Notes under the pieces: generated by a model
What the model was told of the DNA's origin: nothing
The model's database searches: none
The model's input: only the letters and a program-made list of their open reading frames with translations
From: Elusimicrobiota bacterium
Lineage (GTDB): Bacteria; Elusimicrobiota; UBA8919
DNA length: 30,094 nt
NCBI GenBank assembly: GCA_043816185.1
Contig: JBDRIG010000039.1
Location: forward strand, 1-30,094
Reading direction: 5' to 3'
Program-made: the position numbers and the translations under genes
Shown here: positions 18,246 to 28,931 of the stretch, one piece after another
How positions within the stretch are numbered: the first letter of the stretch is position 1
Layout: each line of letters begins with the position of its first letter

Positions 18246-19172
18246 ATGTCAAAAATTTTTGAGAACATTACAAAAACAGTAGGCAACACACCGTTGGTAA
18301 AAATTAACGAAATAGCATCCGAAACAGGTGCCACGATTTTAGCAAAACTAGAATCATTTAATCCGCTTTCAAGTGTTAAAGACAGAATAGGCATCGCTAT
18401 GATTGATGACGCTGAAAAAAAGGGATTAATAAAAAAAGGTTCTGTTATCGTTGAGCCGACAAGCGGAAATACTGGAATCGCACTGGCGTTTATTGTGGCT
18501 GCACGGGGTTACCGTCTTATTTTAACTATGCCGGACACTATGAGTGTAGAACGAAGGCAATTGCTGAAAATTTTCGGCGCCGAAGTTGTTTTGACCGATG
18601 GTACGAAAGGTATGCAAGGTGCAGTGGAAAAAGCGGAAGAATTGGCAAAAACAATTCCCGGCAGTTTCATTCCGCAACAGTTTGAAAATCCCGCAAATCC
18701 GGAAATCCATCGTCAGACAACCGCGGAGGAAATATGGAACGACACGGATGGTAAAGTGGATATTTTTGTGGCGGGAATTGGAACTGGCGGAACAATTACG
18801 GGAGTAGGTGAAGTTCTGAAAAAAAGAAAACCGTCTGTAAAAATTATAGGTGTTGAGCCAAGTGCTTCTCCCGTTTTATCTGGCGGAAAACCTGGTCCCC
18901 ATAAAATTCAGGGTATTGGTGCAGGTTTTGTTCCCAAAATATTAAATAGTAAAATTGTTGATGAAATTATAACCGTTTCAAATGACGATGCAGGAATTAT
19001 TGCCCGTCGTCTTGCGAAGGAGGAAGGAATTCTTGCGGGAATTTCTTCTGGTGCAGCACTTTGGGCAGCAATAGAAGTTGCCAAAAGAAAAGAAAACGAA
19101 GGAAAGACAATCGTGGTTATTTTGCCGGATACTGGCGAAAGGTATCTTTCAACATGGTTGTTTTCAGAGTAG
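18246..19172 (+). CDS. cysK: Cysteine synthase A
   Basis: [33 protein letters not shown] and PDTGERYLS motifs. Confidence 0.97.
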   Translation: MSKIFENITKTVGNTPLVKINEIASETGATILAKLESFNPLSSVKDRIGIAMIDDAEKKGLIKKGSVIVEPTSGNTGIALAFIVAARGYRLILTMPDTMSVERRQLLKIFGAEVVLTDGTKGMQGAVEKAEELAKTIPGSFIPQQFENPANPEIHRQTTAEEIWNDTDGKVDIFVAGIGTGGTITGVGEVLKKRKPSVKIIGVEPSASPVLSGGKPGPHKIQGIGAGFVPKILNSKIVDEIITVSNDDAGIIARRLAKEEGILAGISSGAALWAAIEVAKRKENEGKTIVVILPDTGERYLSTWLFSE

Positions 19173-19262
19173 GGCATGGCTTTAGCCATGCGATAAAAGT
19201 GTATGTAGGGCATGGCTTTAGCCATGCGATAAAAGAAAGCAAACCTAAAGGTTTGCCCTACA
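19169..19262. repeat. Left REP array of the RAYT locus
   Basis: Two copies of GTAGGGCATGGCTTTAGCCATGCGATAAAA (19169, 19205) plus an inverted GCAAACCTAAAGGTTTGCCCTAC (19239-19261); identical to 19831-19924. Confidence 0.95.
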
Positions 19263-19269
19263 AATTATT

Positions 19270-19749
19270 ATGATTAAATTTAAAAAAAGAATACGGTTAG
19301 AAGATTTTGGCTACAAGGGAGTTTATCGTTATTTTATTACAGTATGCACAAATAAAAATGTAGGGCAATGCTTCAGCATTGCTAAAAAAGATGCTATAAA
19401 CAACATAATTGAACTGCTAAAATCTGTTTCAATAGAATTTAATTTTATCGTTTGGGTATATTGTTTTATGCCAGACCACTTACATTTACTTATTGAGGGT
19501 TGTAATGAAAATTCAGATTTTAAAAAATTTATTTCAATGTTTAAACAAAAGAGTGGATTTTATTATAAAAGATTATTCCAAAAAAAGTTATGGCAGATAA
19601 ATTATTATGAACATATTTTTAGAAAGGAAGAAACAACAAAACAAATAGTGAGATATATTTTAGAAAATCCTATTAGAAAAGGTTTAGTTAAAGATTTTTA
19701 TGAATATCCATTTTCAGGATCTTTTATGCTTGATGTAAAAAATTTGTAA
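19270..19749 (+). mobile_element. REP-associated tyrosine transposase (RAYT / TnpA-REP, Y1 HUH)
   Basis: YFITVCT, YCFMPDHLHLL (HUH), LWQINYYEH, YILENP (catalytic Tyr) and YPFS motifs; flanked by GTAG-REPs. Confidence 0.93.
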
Positions 19750-19758
19750 TAAATATAT

Positions 19759-19924
19759 GTAGGGCATGGCTTTAGCCATGCGATAAAAGTGTATGTAGGG
19801 CATGGCTTTAGCCATGCGATAAAAATATATGTAGGGCATGGCTTTAGCCATGCGATAAAAGTGTATGTAGGGCATGGCTTTAGCCATGCGATAAAAGAAA
19901 GCAAACCTAAAGGTTTGCCCTACA
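19759..19924. repeat. Right REP array of the RAYT locus
   Basis: Four 30-bp REPs at 19759, 19795, 19831 and 19867 (36-bp period; spacers GTGTAT, ATATAT, GTGTAT) plus an inverted REP at 19901-19923. Confidence 0.95.
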
Positions 19925-19969
19925 GAAATTTCTTGCTTCGCTCTTTGGGTTAAAACGAGGTGAAAAAAT

Positions 19970-21097
19970 ATGGAAAAAAATAGTGTTGGTTTGGTTGAAA
20001 CAAAATACTTTAATTTTGATGAATTAGTTCTTGATTCGGGCGAGCGACTTTCTACAATTACACTTGCTTATGAGACATATGGCCATCTCAACAAGGAGAA
20101 AAGTAATGCTGTTTTAGTAGAGCATGCTCTGACTGGCGATGCACACGCTGCTGGCTACCATAAAGACGATAAAAAACCAGGTTGGTGGGACACCATGATT
20201 GGCCCAGGTAAAGCATTTGACACCGAAAGATATTTTATTATTTGTTCAAATGTTATCGGTGGCTGTCAGGGCTCAACAGGTCCTTCTTCAATAAATCCAA
20301 AAACTGGGAAGTCTTATGGACTCGATTTTCCTATTATCACAGTTGTTGATATGGTCAGAGCCCAAAAATGTCTTATTGATTATTTTGGTATAAAAAAACT
20401 TTTAACAGTTGTTGGTGGTTCAATGGGCGGAATGCAATCATTGCAATGGTTTGTTTCTTATCCAGAAAATGTTGCATCGGCAATTCCAATCGCAACGACA
20501 GCAAAACATTCGCCTCAACAAATTGCTTTTTCGGAAGTGGGAAGACAAGCAGTTATGTCAGATCCCGATTGGCATAACGGAAATTATTATGGTGTGTCAT
20601 TTCCAGCTCGCGGGCTTGCTGTCGCAAGAATGATAGGACATATAACATATATGAGTGATAGTTCAATGGCTGAAAAATTCGGTCGTCGATCGAAGGAAGA
20701 AAAATTTACTTCAAAAAAAACGCCGAAGTTTGAGCCAAGTTTTGAAGTGGAGGGTTACTTAAAATACCGTGGAAATAGTTTTGTAAAAAGATTTGATGCT
20801 AATTCATATCTCTATATAACCAAGGCGTTAGATTTATTTGATTTGGCGGGTGAGAAAAAACTACACAAAGTTTTTGACAGTATTAAAGCAAAATTGCTGA
20901 TTTTATCATTCAAATCCGACTGGCTTTATCCATCATATCAATCAAAGGAGATAGTTAAGGTATGTAAATTGGTTGGAGTGGATATGACGTATTGCGAGAT
21001 TGATTCGACTTACGGGCACGACGCTTTTTTACTTGAAGTGGAAGAAGAAACACATCTGATAAAACATTTTTTAGAAAAAGTTGTTGATAGTTTGTAG
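19970..21097 (+). CDS. metX: Homoserine O-acetyltransferase
   Basis: [30 protein letters not shown] and GHDAFL motifs. Confidence 0.96.
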   Translation: MEKNSVGLVETKYFNFDELVLDSGERLSTITLAYETYGHLNKEKSNAVLVEHALTGDAHAAGYHKDDKKPGWWDTMIGPGKAFDTERYFIICSNVIGGCQGSTGPSSINPKTGKSYGLDFPIITVVDMVRAQKCLIDYFGIKKLLTVVGGSMGGMQSLQWFVSYPENVASAIPIATTAKHSPQQIAFSEVGRQAVMSDPDWHNGNYYGVSFPARGLAVARMIGHITYMSDSSMAEKFGRRSKEEKFTSKKTPKFEPSFEVEGYLKYRGNSFVKRFDANSYLYITKALDLFDLAGEKKLHKVFDSIKAKLLILSFKSDWLYPSYQSKEIVKVCKLVGVDMTYCEIDSTYGHDAFLLEVEEETHLIKHFLEKVVDSL

Positions 21098-21154
21098 AAA
21101 TGGTTTCAACCGTGCAAAAACGCACAAAAACGCACGAATAGAATTCGTGTCTAC
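21094..21154. repeat. Inverted pair of GTAGA-type REPs
   Basis: GTAGAAATGGTTTCAACCGTGC, and on the minus strand GTAGACACGAATTCTATTCGTGC. Confidence 0.7.
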
Positions 21155-21171
21155 ATTTATAGGAGTAAACT

Positions 21172-21753
21172 ATGCTACACCTTGCATACAAAATAATTAC
21201 CGATTGGATTGAAGAAAAATCATCAGTTTTGGATTTGGGTTGTGGCGACGGCGAATTATTATTTATTCTTCGAGAAAAGAAAAGCGTGAAAGCGAGTGGA
21301 GTAGAAATAAGCGAACAAGCAATCTACAAGTGTATGGCAAAAGGCATTTCTGTTATACACGAGAATATAGAAAACTGTCTCACAGATTATGCGGACAAGT
21401 CGTTTGGTTATGTAATTCTTTATAATACTTTTCAAGAAGTAAAAAATCCGGCTGTAGTTTTGGACGAAGCACTGCGTGTTGGAAAAAAAGTTATTATTGG
21501 TTTTTCCAATTTTGCTTATTGGAAATCAAGATTTCAGATTTTTTTTAATGGTAAAGTACCTGTAACATCAGCAATGCCGTTTGAGTGGCATAATACGCCT
21601 AACCTCCATTTTTTAAGTATTTTAGATTTTGAGGATTACTGTCGTGCAAAAAAAATGAAAATAGAAAAATCGGTTTTTATAGAAGGAAAAAGACAAACAA
21701 AACTACTACCAAATTTATTTGCCGAAATCGGTATATTTGCTGTTTCAATTTGA
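21172..21753 (+). CDS. metW: Methionine biosynthesis protein MetW (SAM-binding fold)
   Basis: VLDLGCGDG and W.NTPNLH motifs; follows metX. Confidence 0.92.
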   Translation: MLHLAYKIITDWIEEKSSVLDLGCGDGELLFILREKKSVKASGVEISEQAIYKCMAKGISVIHENIENCLTDYADKSFGYVILYNTFQEVKNPAVVLDEALRVGKKVIIGFSNFAYWKSRFQIFFNGKVPVTSAMPFEWHNTPNLHFLSILDFEDYCRAKKMKIEKSVFIEGKRQTKLLPNLFAEIGIFAVSI

Positions 21754-21922
21754 AATACATTGAGATATGTAAAAATGTAATTGACTATATAAGATTTAAT
21801 ATCGTTGAAAAAGTCCCGATGATCTTGATAATGCAGTAGGCATGACCTGCGCCAGTGCAACACAACACCGTGCAACACAGCACACAAATAAATTCATATC
21901 TGCAACAAAAATTGCTTATTCT

Positions 21923-23212
21923 ATGACTATTTTCAAAAAAACAGATTTTTACTTTTTACTTTTTATTTTTTATTTTATATTTTGTACTTTTTTTACAAGT
22001 TGTACGGTACCAAAACGATTATCACCTGCCATTGAACATCCTACCACCGTTGATATTATTAACGAAATAAAACCAACCGAGCAAAAAAAAGAAACCATAG
22101 TGAAAATCGGAATTATTGAAAATACCGATAATATATTAGTATCTATTGAGGATGATTTCGAAATCATTGATATAAAAACTGACGAAAAAACCAAAATGTC
22201 AGCTAATGTCTACTCCGCAAATGTGGCAAAACAAGGAATAATTTTTGGTAAGGAACAATTTTTTAACGATATTAAAATAATTCAATCATCCGTTTCAACT
22301 ACGAAACAAATATCTTGCTCACAAGACGACGAGATAGTCATCAAAAAAAGTGATAAAAAAATTAGTATTAATGGCAAAAAATACAGAGGAAACATTATCT
22401 TAAAAATTAGTAATGGTAAAAAACTTACTGTCATAAATGAACTCTATCTTGAAGAATATGTTTGTGGAGTAATGACAAAGGAGGTCTCACCAACATGGTT
22501 TCCAGAATCATTGAAAGCACAGGCAGTCGTTGCAAGAACTTATGCAATCAAAAATCTTGGATTGCATGGCTCTCATGGTTTTGATTTATGCCCACAAACC
22601 CATTGTCAGGTTTACGGTGGTTTTAATTCAGAAGACGAAAGAACCAACAAAGCAGTGTACGATACAGCAGGAGAAGTTCTTAAATATGAGGGGGTTATAG
22701 CAAATACATTTTATCATTCAAGTTGCGGCGGTAGAACAGAAGGTGTAAGGAATGTATGGAATTGTTCAGCGACGAAAAATCCAGAATATCTTACGGGTGT
22801 TAAATGTGGTTTTTGCAAACAAGATAAGTGGTGTAATTGGTCAGCTTCAGTCTCATTGAAGACGATTGGCCATAATCTGCAATCTTTTGGTTATAAAATT
22901 GGTGACGTTAAAAGGATAAAATTAGTAGGACGTACATCGTCTAACAGAGTAAAAGAAATTTTGGTTGAACATTCAAAGGGGAAACTTTGGCTTTTAGCAA
23001 ACAGGTTTAGGTTGGTGATAAATCCGAATATCGTCCGTAGTACAAACTTTACAATAAAGATAAAAAATAATATAGTGTATTTTAGAGGTCATGGCTGGGG
23101 GCATGGAGTTGGAATGTGTCAATGGGGTGCAAAGGGTATGGCGGAAAATGGTTGGGATTACAAAAAAATTCTTGAACATTATTACCATGATACCGAGATA
23201 GATAAAAATTGA
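21923..23212 (+). CDS. SpoIID/LytB-domain lytic transglycosylase-like protein, probable lipoprotein
   Basis: EEYVCGVM.KE, LKAQAVVARTYA, CQVYGG, YHSSCGG and GWGHGVGMCQWGA motifs; ATG 21923 gives a signal peptide ending FTSC. Confidence 0.88.
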   Translation: MTIFKKTDFYFLLFIFYFIFCTFFTSCTVPKRLSPAIEHPTTVDIINEIKPTEQKKETIVKIGIIENTDNILVSIEDDFEIIDIKTDEKTKMSANVYSANVAKQGIIFGKEQFFNDIKIIQSSVSTTKQISCSQDDEIVIKKSDKKISINGKKYRGNIILKISNGKKLTVINELYLEEYVCGVMTKEVSPTWFPESLKAQAVVARTYAIKNLGLHGSHGFDLCPQTHCQVYGGFNSEDERTNKAVYDTAGEVLKYEGVIANTFYHSSCGGRTEGVRNVWNCSATKNPEYLTGVKCGFCKQDKWCNWSASVSLKTIGHNLQSFGYKIGDVKRIKLVGRTSSNRVKEILVEHSKGKLWLLANRFRLVINPNIVRSTNFTIKIKNNIVYFRGHGWGHGVGMCQWGAKGMAENGWDYKKILEHYYHDTEIDKN

Positions 23213-23271
23213 CAATAGTCCCCGTCGACAACAGTTTTCGTCAAAAACAGTCCTGTCGAACAAATTTATAA

Positions 23272-24330
23272 ATGAAAGAAATTAAACTTTCAGATTTTGA
23301 TTACGATTTGCCAAGCGATTTTATAGCGAAGTTTCCTTGTGAAAAAAGAGACGAATCAAAACTTTTGGTGCTTTTTAGAGATACTGGAAAAATAGAGCAT
23401 AGAATTTTCAAGGAAATCGTAGATTATCTTACCGTCGATGATGTACTGGTTATCAATAAAACAAAGGTTATTCATGCTCGACTTTTTGGAAAGAAAATAA
23501 CAGGTGGGAAGACAGAGATTTTAATACTTAATCTTGGCGATAGTGGCGACAAGAAAGTTGTTTCAGCAATTGTCAAACCACTAAAAAATCTTAAAATTGG
23601 TAGTCGTATTTTTATTTACCATGTTCTTACTGGAACATCTTTGGCGGAGAGCGGGGTTTGTGATGATTTTTGTGATGTAGTTTCAATTGAAAATGGCATA
23701 GTAAAATTAAAATTTTCCGATGAAATAAGTACAATTCTTAAAAAATATGGCAGGATTCCACTTCCACCATACATAAAAAGAAATTTAGTTCCGTCGGATG
23801 CCGAAAGATATCAAACGGTTTTTGCATCTGTCGTCGGTTCAATTGCCGCACCAACAGCGGGGCTTCACTTTACCGAAAATATTTTATCGAAATTAAAAAA
23901 CAAAGATGTAAAAATTGCCGATATTATTTTGCATATATCATGGGCGACATTTTTACCAGTAAGATGTGAAAATATATTGGAACATAAAATGGGCGAGGAG
24001 TATTTTGAAATAGAGAAATATTCAGCCGATATAATTAATTCCGCAAAAAGAAGAATTGCTGTTGGCACAACATCAGTAAGGGTTCTTGAAACAGTTTCAG
24101 ATGAAAAAAAAATTATACCAAAAAAAGGAAACACAAATATTTTTATTTATCCTGGCTATAAATTCAAAAATGTTGACGCATTGATTACAAATTTTCACCT
24201 TCCGCAAACGACACTTCTTATGCTTGTATGTGCATTTGCAGGTAAAGATTTAATTTTCAAGGCATATGAAGAGGCAAAAAAAAATAATTATCGATTTGCC
24301 AGTTTCGGCGACAGTATGCTTATTTTATAG
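23272..24330 (+). CDS. queA: S-adenosylmethionine:tRNA ribosyltransferase-isomerase
   Basis: DFDYDLP, PLPPYI, RYQTVFA, AAPTAGLHF and TNFHLP motifs. Confidence 0.97.
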   Translation: MKEIKLSDFDYDLPSDFIAKFPCEKRDESKLLVLFRDTGKIEHRIFKEIVDYLTVDDVLVINKTKVIHARLFGKKITGGKTEILILNLGDSGDKKVVSAIVKPLKNLKIGSRIFIYHVLTGTSLAESGVCDDFCDVVSIENGIVKLKFSDEISTILKKYGRIPLPPYIKRNLVPSDAERYQTVFASVVGSIAAPTAGLHFTENILSKLKNKDVKIADIILHISWATFLPVRCENILEHKMGEEYFEIEKYSADIINSAKRRIAVGTTSVRVLETVSDEKKIIPKKGNTNIFIYPGYKFKNVDALITNFHLPQTTLLMLVCAFAGKDLIFKAYEEAKKNNYRFASFGDSMLIL

Positions 24331-24393
24331 TCGGAACAGAGAGATCTCTCCTTTGTCGTCGGCAATCTATAGTTGACAGCCGGTCATATTACT

Positions 24394-25503
24394 ATGATTC
24401 AAAAAATCAAAAAATTTGTTGATAAATATAAAATGCTCCAAAAAAATGATAGAGTTCTTATTGGGCTTTCCGGAGGTCCAGATTCTATTTTTTTGACCGT
24501 TATTTTGAAAAAAATTGAGAAACTTTACAAAATAAAAATTTTTGCTTGTCATATTGACCATCAATATCGTAAGAATAGTTGGAATGATGCGGAATTTGTT
24601 AAAATTTTTTGTAAGAAATTATGCATACCAGTTGATATAAAAAAAATAAAATTAAAAAAATTTTCTGAAGAAAGAGCAAGAAATTTACGATACAAAATTT
24701 TCGAAAAGGTTGCCAAAAAATATGGATGTAATAAAATTGCAACAGGACACACATTAAACGATAATGCTGAGACAGTTTTAATGTGGCTTGCGCGTGGCTG
24801 TGGGTTGCAAGGAATCAAAGGAATTCCTCCCATATGTAGAAAAAAATGTGAAAAAATATCGCCATCCGCTCATATGCCAGTAGATGTAGTTTTATCTTCC
24901 AAATCCTCCAAACAAATAATCAGACCGATTTTATGTATTTCCAAAAAAGAGATTCTTTCGTATCTTAGTAAAGGTAGAATAAATTTTTGTATCGATAAAA
25001 CAAACAATTTTTCCAAATTTACCAGAAATAGAATACGACTAAATATAATTCCTCAGCTTGAAAAGGTAAATCCAAAAGCAGTAAAACACATATTTAATCT
25101 TTCAGAAATTTTAAGAAATAAAAAAAATGTTTATCCTACCAAAGTAACATCAAATATTATTGACATTCGTTCAAAAAAATGTTACAATAAATCTTCGCTA
25201 AAAGAGGTATCTGCGTTCTTTGATGCGTCGAAAATTGACATCAAAAAAATTAAGATAAGGAAGTGGCGTTTTGGCGATAAAATGGTTCCTTTTGGAATGG
25301 ATGGTTCAAAAAAACTGCAAGATATTTTCACCGATGAAAAAATCTCAAAAAATGTAAGAAATAAGATTCCTATTGTTTGCGATGGAAAAAAAATTATCTG
25401 GGTTGCTGGAGTAAAAAGATCTAACGACGCAAAAATTACTAATAAAAGTAAAGAGGTTCTAAAAATAGAACTAAAAAATAAATTGGGGATATTAAAAAAA
25501 TGA
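24394..25503 (+). CDS. tilS: tRNA(Ile)-lysidine synthetase (compact form)
   Basis: LSGGPDS PP-loop, ARNLRY, TGHTLND, RNRIR and C-terminal KKLQDIF...IP...WV motifs; start chosen at ATG 24394. Confidence 0.92.
   Translation: MIQKIKKFVDKYKMLQKNDRVLIGLSGGPDSIFLTVILKKIEKLYKIKIFACHIDHQYRKNSWNDAEFVKIFCKKLCIPVDIKKIKLKKFSEERARNLRYKIFEKVAKKYGCNKIATGHTLNDNAETVLMWLARGCGLQGIKGIPPICRKKCEKISPSAHMPVDVVLSSKSSKQIIRPILCISKKEILSYLSKGRINFCIDKTNNFSKFTRNRIRLNIIPQLEKVNPKAVKHIFNLSEILRNKKNVYPTKVTSNIIDIRSKKCYNKSSLKEVSAFFDASKIDIKKIKIRKWRFGDKMVPFGMDGSKKLQDIFTDEKISKNVRNKIPIVCDGKKIIWVAGVKRSNDAKITNKSKEVLKIELKNKLGILKK
25160..25188 (+). promoter_or_regulatory. Near-consensus sigma70 promoter inside tilS, upstream of ftsH
   Basis: TTGACA-N17-TACAAT with an extended TG. 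Confidence 0.6.
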
Positions 25504-27350
25504 GTAAACAATTAAAAAGCGTGGCACTATGGATGTTGATAACTGTTGGTTTTGTTTATCTTTGGCATATATCGTCGACAAAAGCAAAAGAAATTGAACT
25601 TACATATTCAGAGTTCAAGCAATTTATAAAAGAAAAAAAGGTTTCAGACATAGTCATTTCACCTGATTTTATTTCTGGTATTTTGGAAAAGGACGGCAAA
25701 AAAATTAAATTTAATACAGTTCCCGTTGCAGACAATAAACTTACTGAAGATTTGGAAGATAATCAAGTAAAATATAGAGGGCAGAAAAATCGTGGCTGGC
25801 TCATAGAACTTCTTTTGAGTGTTGCACCATGGATATTGATTGCAATTATATGGTATTTTTTATTTTTTCGTGGAGCATCAATGGGCGGCAAACAGATTTT
25901 TTCATTCGGTAGAAGTAAAGCTCGCCTTCAAACAGATAAAAAAACTAAAACGACATTTGCCGATGTAGCTGGAATTGAAGAATCAAAAGAAGAACTGAAA
26001 GAAATAATACAGTTTTTGAAAAATCCTGCTAAATTCCAAAAATTAGGCGGAAAAATTCCCAAGGGTGTTTTATTGGTTGGCCCAGCAGGAACTGGAAAAA
26101 CGCTTCTTGCAAAAGCGGTTGCAGGTGAGGCAGGTGTTCCATTTTTTTCATCAAGTGGTTCCGAATTCGTCGAAATGTTCGTCGGTGTAGGTGCTTCCCG
26201 CGTACGCGATCTATTTGATATGGGAAGGAAAAATGCTCCGTGCGTTCTATTTATCGACGAAATCGATGCTGTTGGTCGTCACAGAGGTGCGGGTTATGGT
26301 GGTGGCCACGACGAAAGAGAACAAACATTAAATCAACTTTTGGTTGAAATGGATGGATTCGAAACAAAGGAAGGTGTTATTATTCTTGCTGCGACAAATC
26401 GTCCCGATGTTCTTGATAGTGCACTTTTGCGTTCTGGAAGATTTGACAGACATGTTGTTGTTCCAGTTCCTGACATAAAAGGTAGGGAGGAAATTTTACA
26501 CGTTCATGCAAAAAATGTAAAGTTGTCACCGTCGGCAGATTTATCTATTATTGCAAAAAGAACACCAGGTTTTGTGGGTGCAGATTTGGCAAATTTGATA
26601 AACGAAGCGGCGCTTTTAGCTGCTCGGCGAGAAAAAGAGGCAGTTGAAATGCCAGAACTTGAAGAAGCAATTGACAGGGTTCAAGCAGGTCCCGAGCGAC
26701 GTTCCAAAAAGATTTCTGAAAGAGAAAAAAGAATAATTGCATTTCATGAATCAGGGCACGCGCTTGTTGCAAAACTTATGCCAAATACGGAACCAGTTCA
26801 TAAAATTTCTATAATTCCGAGAGGAATGGCATTAGGTTATACAATTCAACTTCCTACCGAGGATAAGTATCTTATAACCAAATCGGAAATAATTTCAAAA
26901 CTTACTGTTTTACTTGGTGGTCGTGCTGCTGAAAAAATTATTTTTAATGAAATAACAACTGGTGCAGAAAACGATCTAAGCGTTGCCACATCTATAGTTC
27001 AGAACATGATTTGCATTTATGGTATGTCGGATAAATTGGGTAACGTATCTTTGAAAAAAAGAGAGGAAGAAGTTTTTTTGGGACGAGATATATTTACACA
27101 TGAAAAAATGTATTCCGAAAAAACAGCGCAACAAATCGACGAGGAAACAAAAAGAATGATAGACGAGGCATTTGCTAAAGCGGTAGAATTGATAAATAAC
27201 AATACTGAAAAATTAAATCGGCTTGCTGAAAAACTTGTTGAAAAAGAAATTTTAGATGGTGATGAATTAGCGAGATTATTGAATGGTGACGAAATTATAA
27301 AGCCCGAAGAAGAGCATCGAATAGAAATACCAAGCGACAATATTAAATAA
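25500..27350 (+). CDS. ftsH: ATP-dependent zinc metalloprotease FtsH
   Basis: Two TM helices, [21 protein letters not shown] and HESGH; ATGA overlap with the tilS stop. Confidence 0.98.
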   Translation: MSKQLKSVALWMLITVGFVYLWHISSTKAKEIELTYSEFKQFIKEKKVSDIVISPDFISGILEKDGKKIKFNTVPVADNKLTEDLEDNQVKYRGQKNRGWLIELLLSVAPWILIAIIWYFLFFRGASMGGKQIFSFGRSKARLQTDKKTKTTFADVAGIEESKEELKEIIQFLKNPAKFQKLGGKIPKGVLLVGPAGTGKTLLAKAVAGEAGVPFFSSSGSEFVEMFVGVGASRVRDLFDMGRKNAPCVLFIDEIDAVGRHRGAGYGGGHDEREQTLNQLLVEMDGFETKEGVIILAATNRPDVLDSALLRSGRFDRHVVVPVPDIKGREEILHVHAKNVKLSPSADLSIIAKRTPGFVGADLANLINEAALLAARREKEAVEMPELEEAIDRVQAGPERRSKKISEREKRIIAFHESGHALVAKLMPNTEPVHKISIIPRGMALGYTIQLPTEDKYLITKSEIISKLTVLLGGRAAEKIIFNEITTGAENDLSVATSIVQNMICIYGMSDKLGNVSLKKREEEVFLGRDIFTHEKMYSEKTAQQIDEETKRMIDEAFAKAVELINNNTEKLNRLAEKLVEKEILDGDELARLLNGDEIIKPEEEHRIEIPSDNIK

Positions 27351-27396
27351 TTCGATTGTATTTGATTAGCATTCATTCGATTTCGTTTGAGTATTT

Positions 27397-27969
27397 GTGG
27401 AGCAAGTAATGAATAATAAACAAATTGAAAAATCAGTAAAAAATATACTTATTGCGATAGGTGAAAATCCAGAAAGAGAAGGGCTTAAAGAAACACCTAA
27501 AAGAGTTGCGAGAATGTATGAAGAAATTTTTTCCGGAATAAATAGTAATCCAGAAAAGGAACTCGAGGTTTATTATACAACAGAAGAACACGAAGAGGTA
27601 GTCATTGTAAAAGATATTAGTTTTTATTCTACTTGCGAGCACCATCTGTTACCTTTTTTCGGAAAAATTCATATTGGGTATATTCCCAAAAAAGATAAAC
27701 TATTAGGTATTTCAAAAATTGCACGACTCGTGGATGTTTTTTCCAAACGACTTCAATTACAAGAACGCATCACAAAACAAATTGCAGACATTATTATGAA
27801 AAGAATTTCGCCATATGGCGTGATGGTTGTGGTTGAAGCAGAGCACCTTTGTATGACGATGCGTGGTGTAAAAAAACCAGGAACAAAAATAGTGACATCT
27901 GCCATAAGAGGAATCTTTTCGAATGATGCTAAAGTGAGGGCAGAGGTACTTTCGTTGATTAAAGACTAA
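27397..27969 (+). CDS. folE: GTP cyclohydrolase I (start could be ATG 27409)
   Basis: [14 protein letters not shown] and HLCMTMRG motifs. Confidence 0.97.
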   Translation: MEQVMNNKQIEKSVKNILIAIGENPEREGLKETPKRVARMYEEIFSGINSNPEKELEVYYTTEEHEEVVIVKDISFYSTCEHHLLPFFGKIHIGYIPKKDKLLGISKIARLVDVFSKRLQLQERITKQIADIIMKRISPYGVMVVVEAEHLCMTMRGVKKPGTKIVTSAIRGIFSNDAKVRAEVLSLIKD

Positions 27970-28088
27970 TAAAAGAATACGCTGATATGTTTATCGTTGA
28001 TATGTAAAAACCATATTGTCTGTCATTGTATCACCCATCACTGTATTATTACTATTGCCATATTATTAACACCTTTTTGCAAACGTAT

Positions 28089-28931
28089 ATGGTCAAAATA
28101 GCAGGAATTCTTAATGTTACACCCGATTCTTTCTCCGATGGTGGAAGATTTTACAAAATTGCTGATAGTATAAAATATGTAACAGAACTCGTTGCATATG
28201 GCGCAGATATAATTGATGTTGGCGGTGAGTCATCGAGGCCAGGAAGCGTTGTTGTGTCAGAGGAAGAAGAAATTAGTCGTGTAATTCCGACTATAAAAGA
28301 AATTAAAAAAAGATTTCCGAAAATTCCTATTTCGGTTGATACATATAAACCAAATGTTGCGTTAAAAGCAATTGAAGCAGGTGCAGAAATAGTTAATGAT
28401 ATTTATGGATTGAGATGGTCATCTCGCAAATCCCACAACGAAAACAGTATGGCTGATGTTGTTGCAGAAAAAAATGTTTCTGTAGTAATTATGCATATGA
28501 AGGGAACACCACAGAATATGCAGGAAAATCCAGAATATGATGATGTTGTTTCGGAAATCTACAAATTTTTCGAAGAGCAATTAAAATTTGCAAACTCGAA
28601 TGGCATAAAAAAAGAAAAAATAATTTTAGATCCAGGAATCGGCTTTGGAAAAACACTGCAGCATAACCTTCTGATAATAAAAAATCTCCAAAAATTCAAG
28701 AAATTGAAAATGCCACTTATGGTAGGCCCTTCAAGAAAATCGTTTATCAAGTGTTTGTTGGATACTAATCTTGTTGGAAATAATAATATTGATGTTTTAA
28801 ATCGTTTAGAAGGAACAATCGCAGCATCAATCTACTGTGCACTAAACGGTGCCGATTATTTGCGCATTCACGATGTCTTATCTGTAAAAAAAGCGATAAT
28901 CGTTTCTGAGGCAATAAAAAATGTTCAGTAA
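28089..28931 (+). CDS. folP: Dihydropteroate synthase
   Basis: GILNVTPDSFSDGG, DPGIGFGK, SRKSF and RIHDV motifs; start reassigned to ATG 28089. Confidence 0.96.
   Translation: MVKIAGILNVTPDSFSDGGRFYKIADSIKYVTELVAYGADIIDVGGESSRPGSVVVSEEEEISRVIPTIKEIKKRFPKIPISVDTYKPNVALKAIEAGAEIVNDIYGLRWSSRKSHNENSMADVVAEKNVSVVIMHMKGTPQNMQENPEYDDVVSEIYKFFEEQLKFANSNGIKKEKIILDPGIGFGKTLQHNLLIIKNLQKFKKLKMPLMVGPSRKSFIKCLLDTNLVGNNNIDVLNRLEGTIAASIYCALNGADYLRIHDVLSVKKAIIVSEAIKNVQ

Noticed and set aside
19759..19896. CRISPR array (30-bp palindromic repeats at regular spacing)
   Set aside because: Spacers are only 6 bp and non-unique, no cas genes are present, and the repeats carry the GTAG foot next to a RAYT, so they are REPs.
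19698..19904. Minus-strand ORF with [11 protein letters not shown] repeats (also ORFs 18908-19225 and 19061-19273)
   Set aside because: Translation artefacts of the 36-bp REP period.
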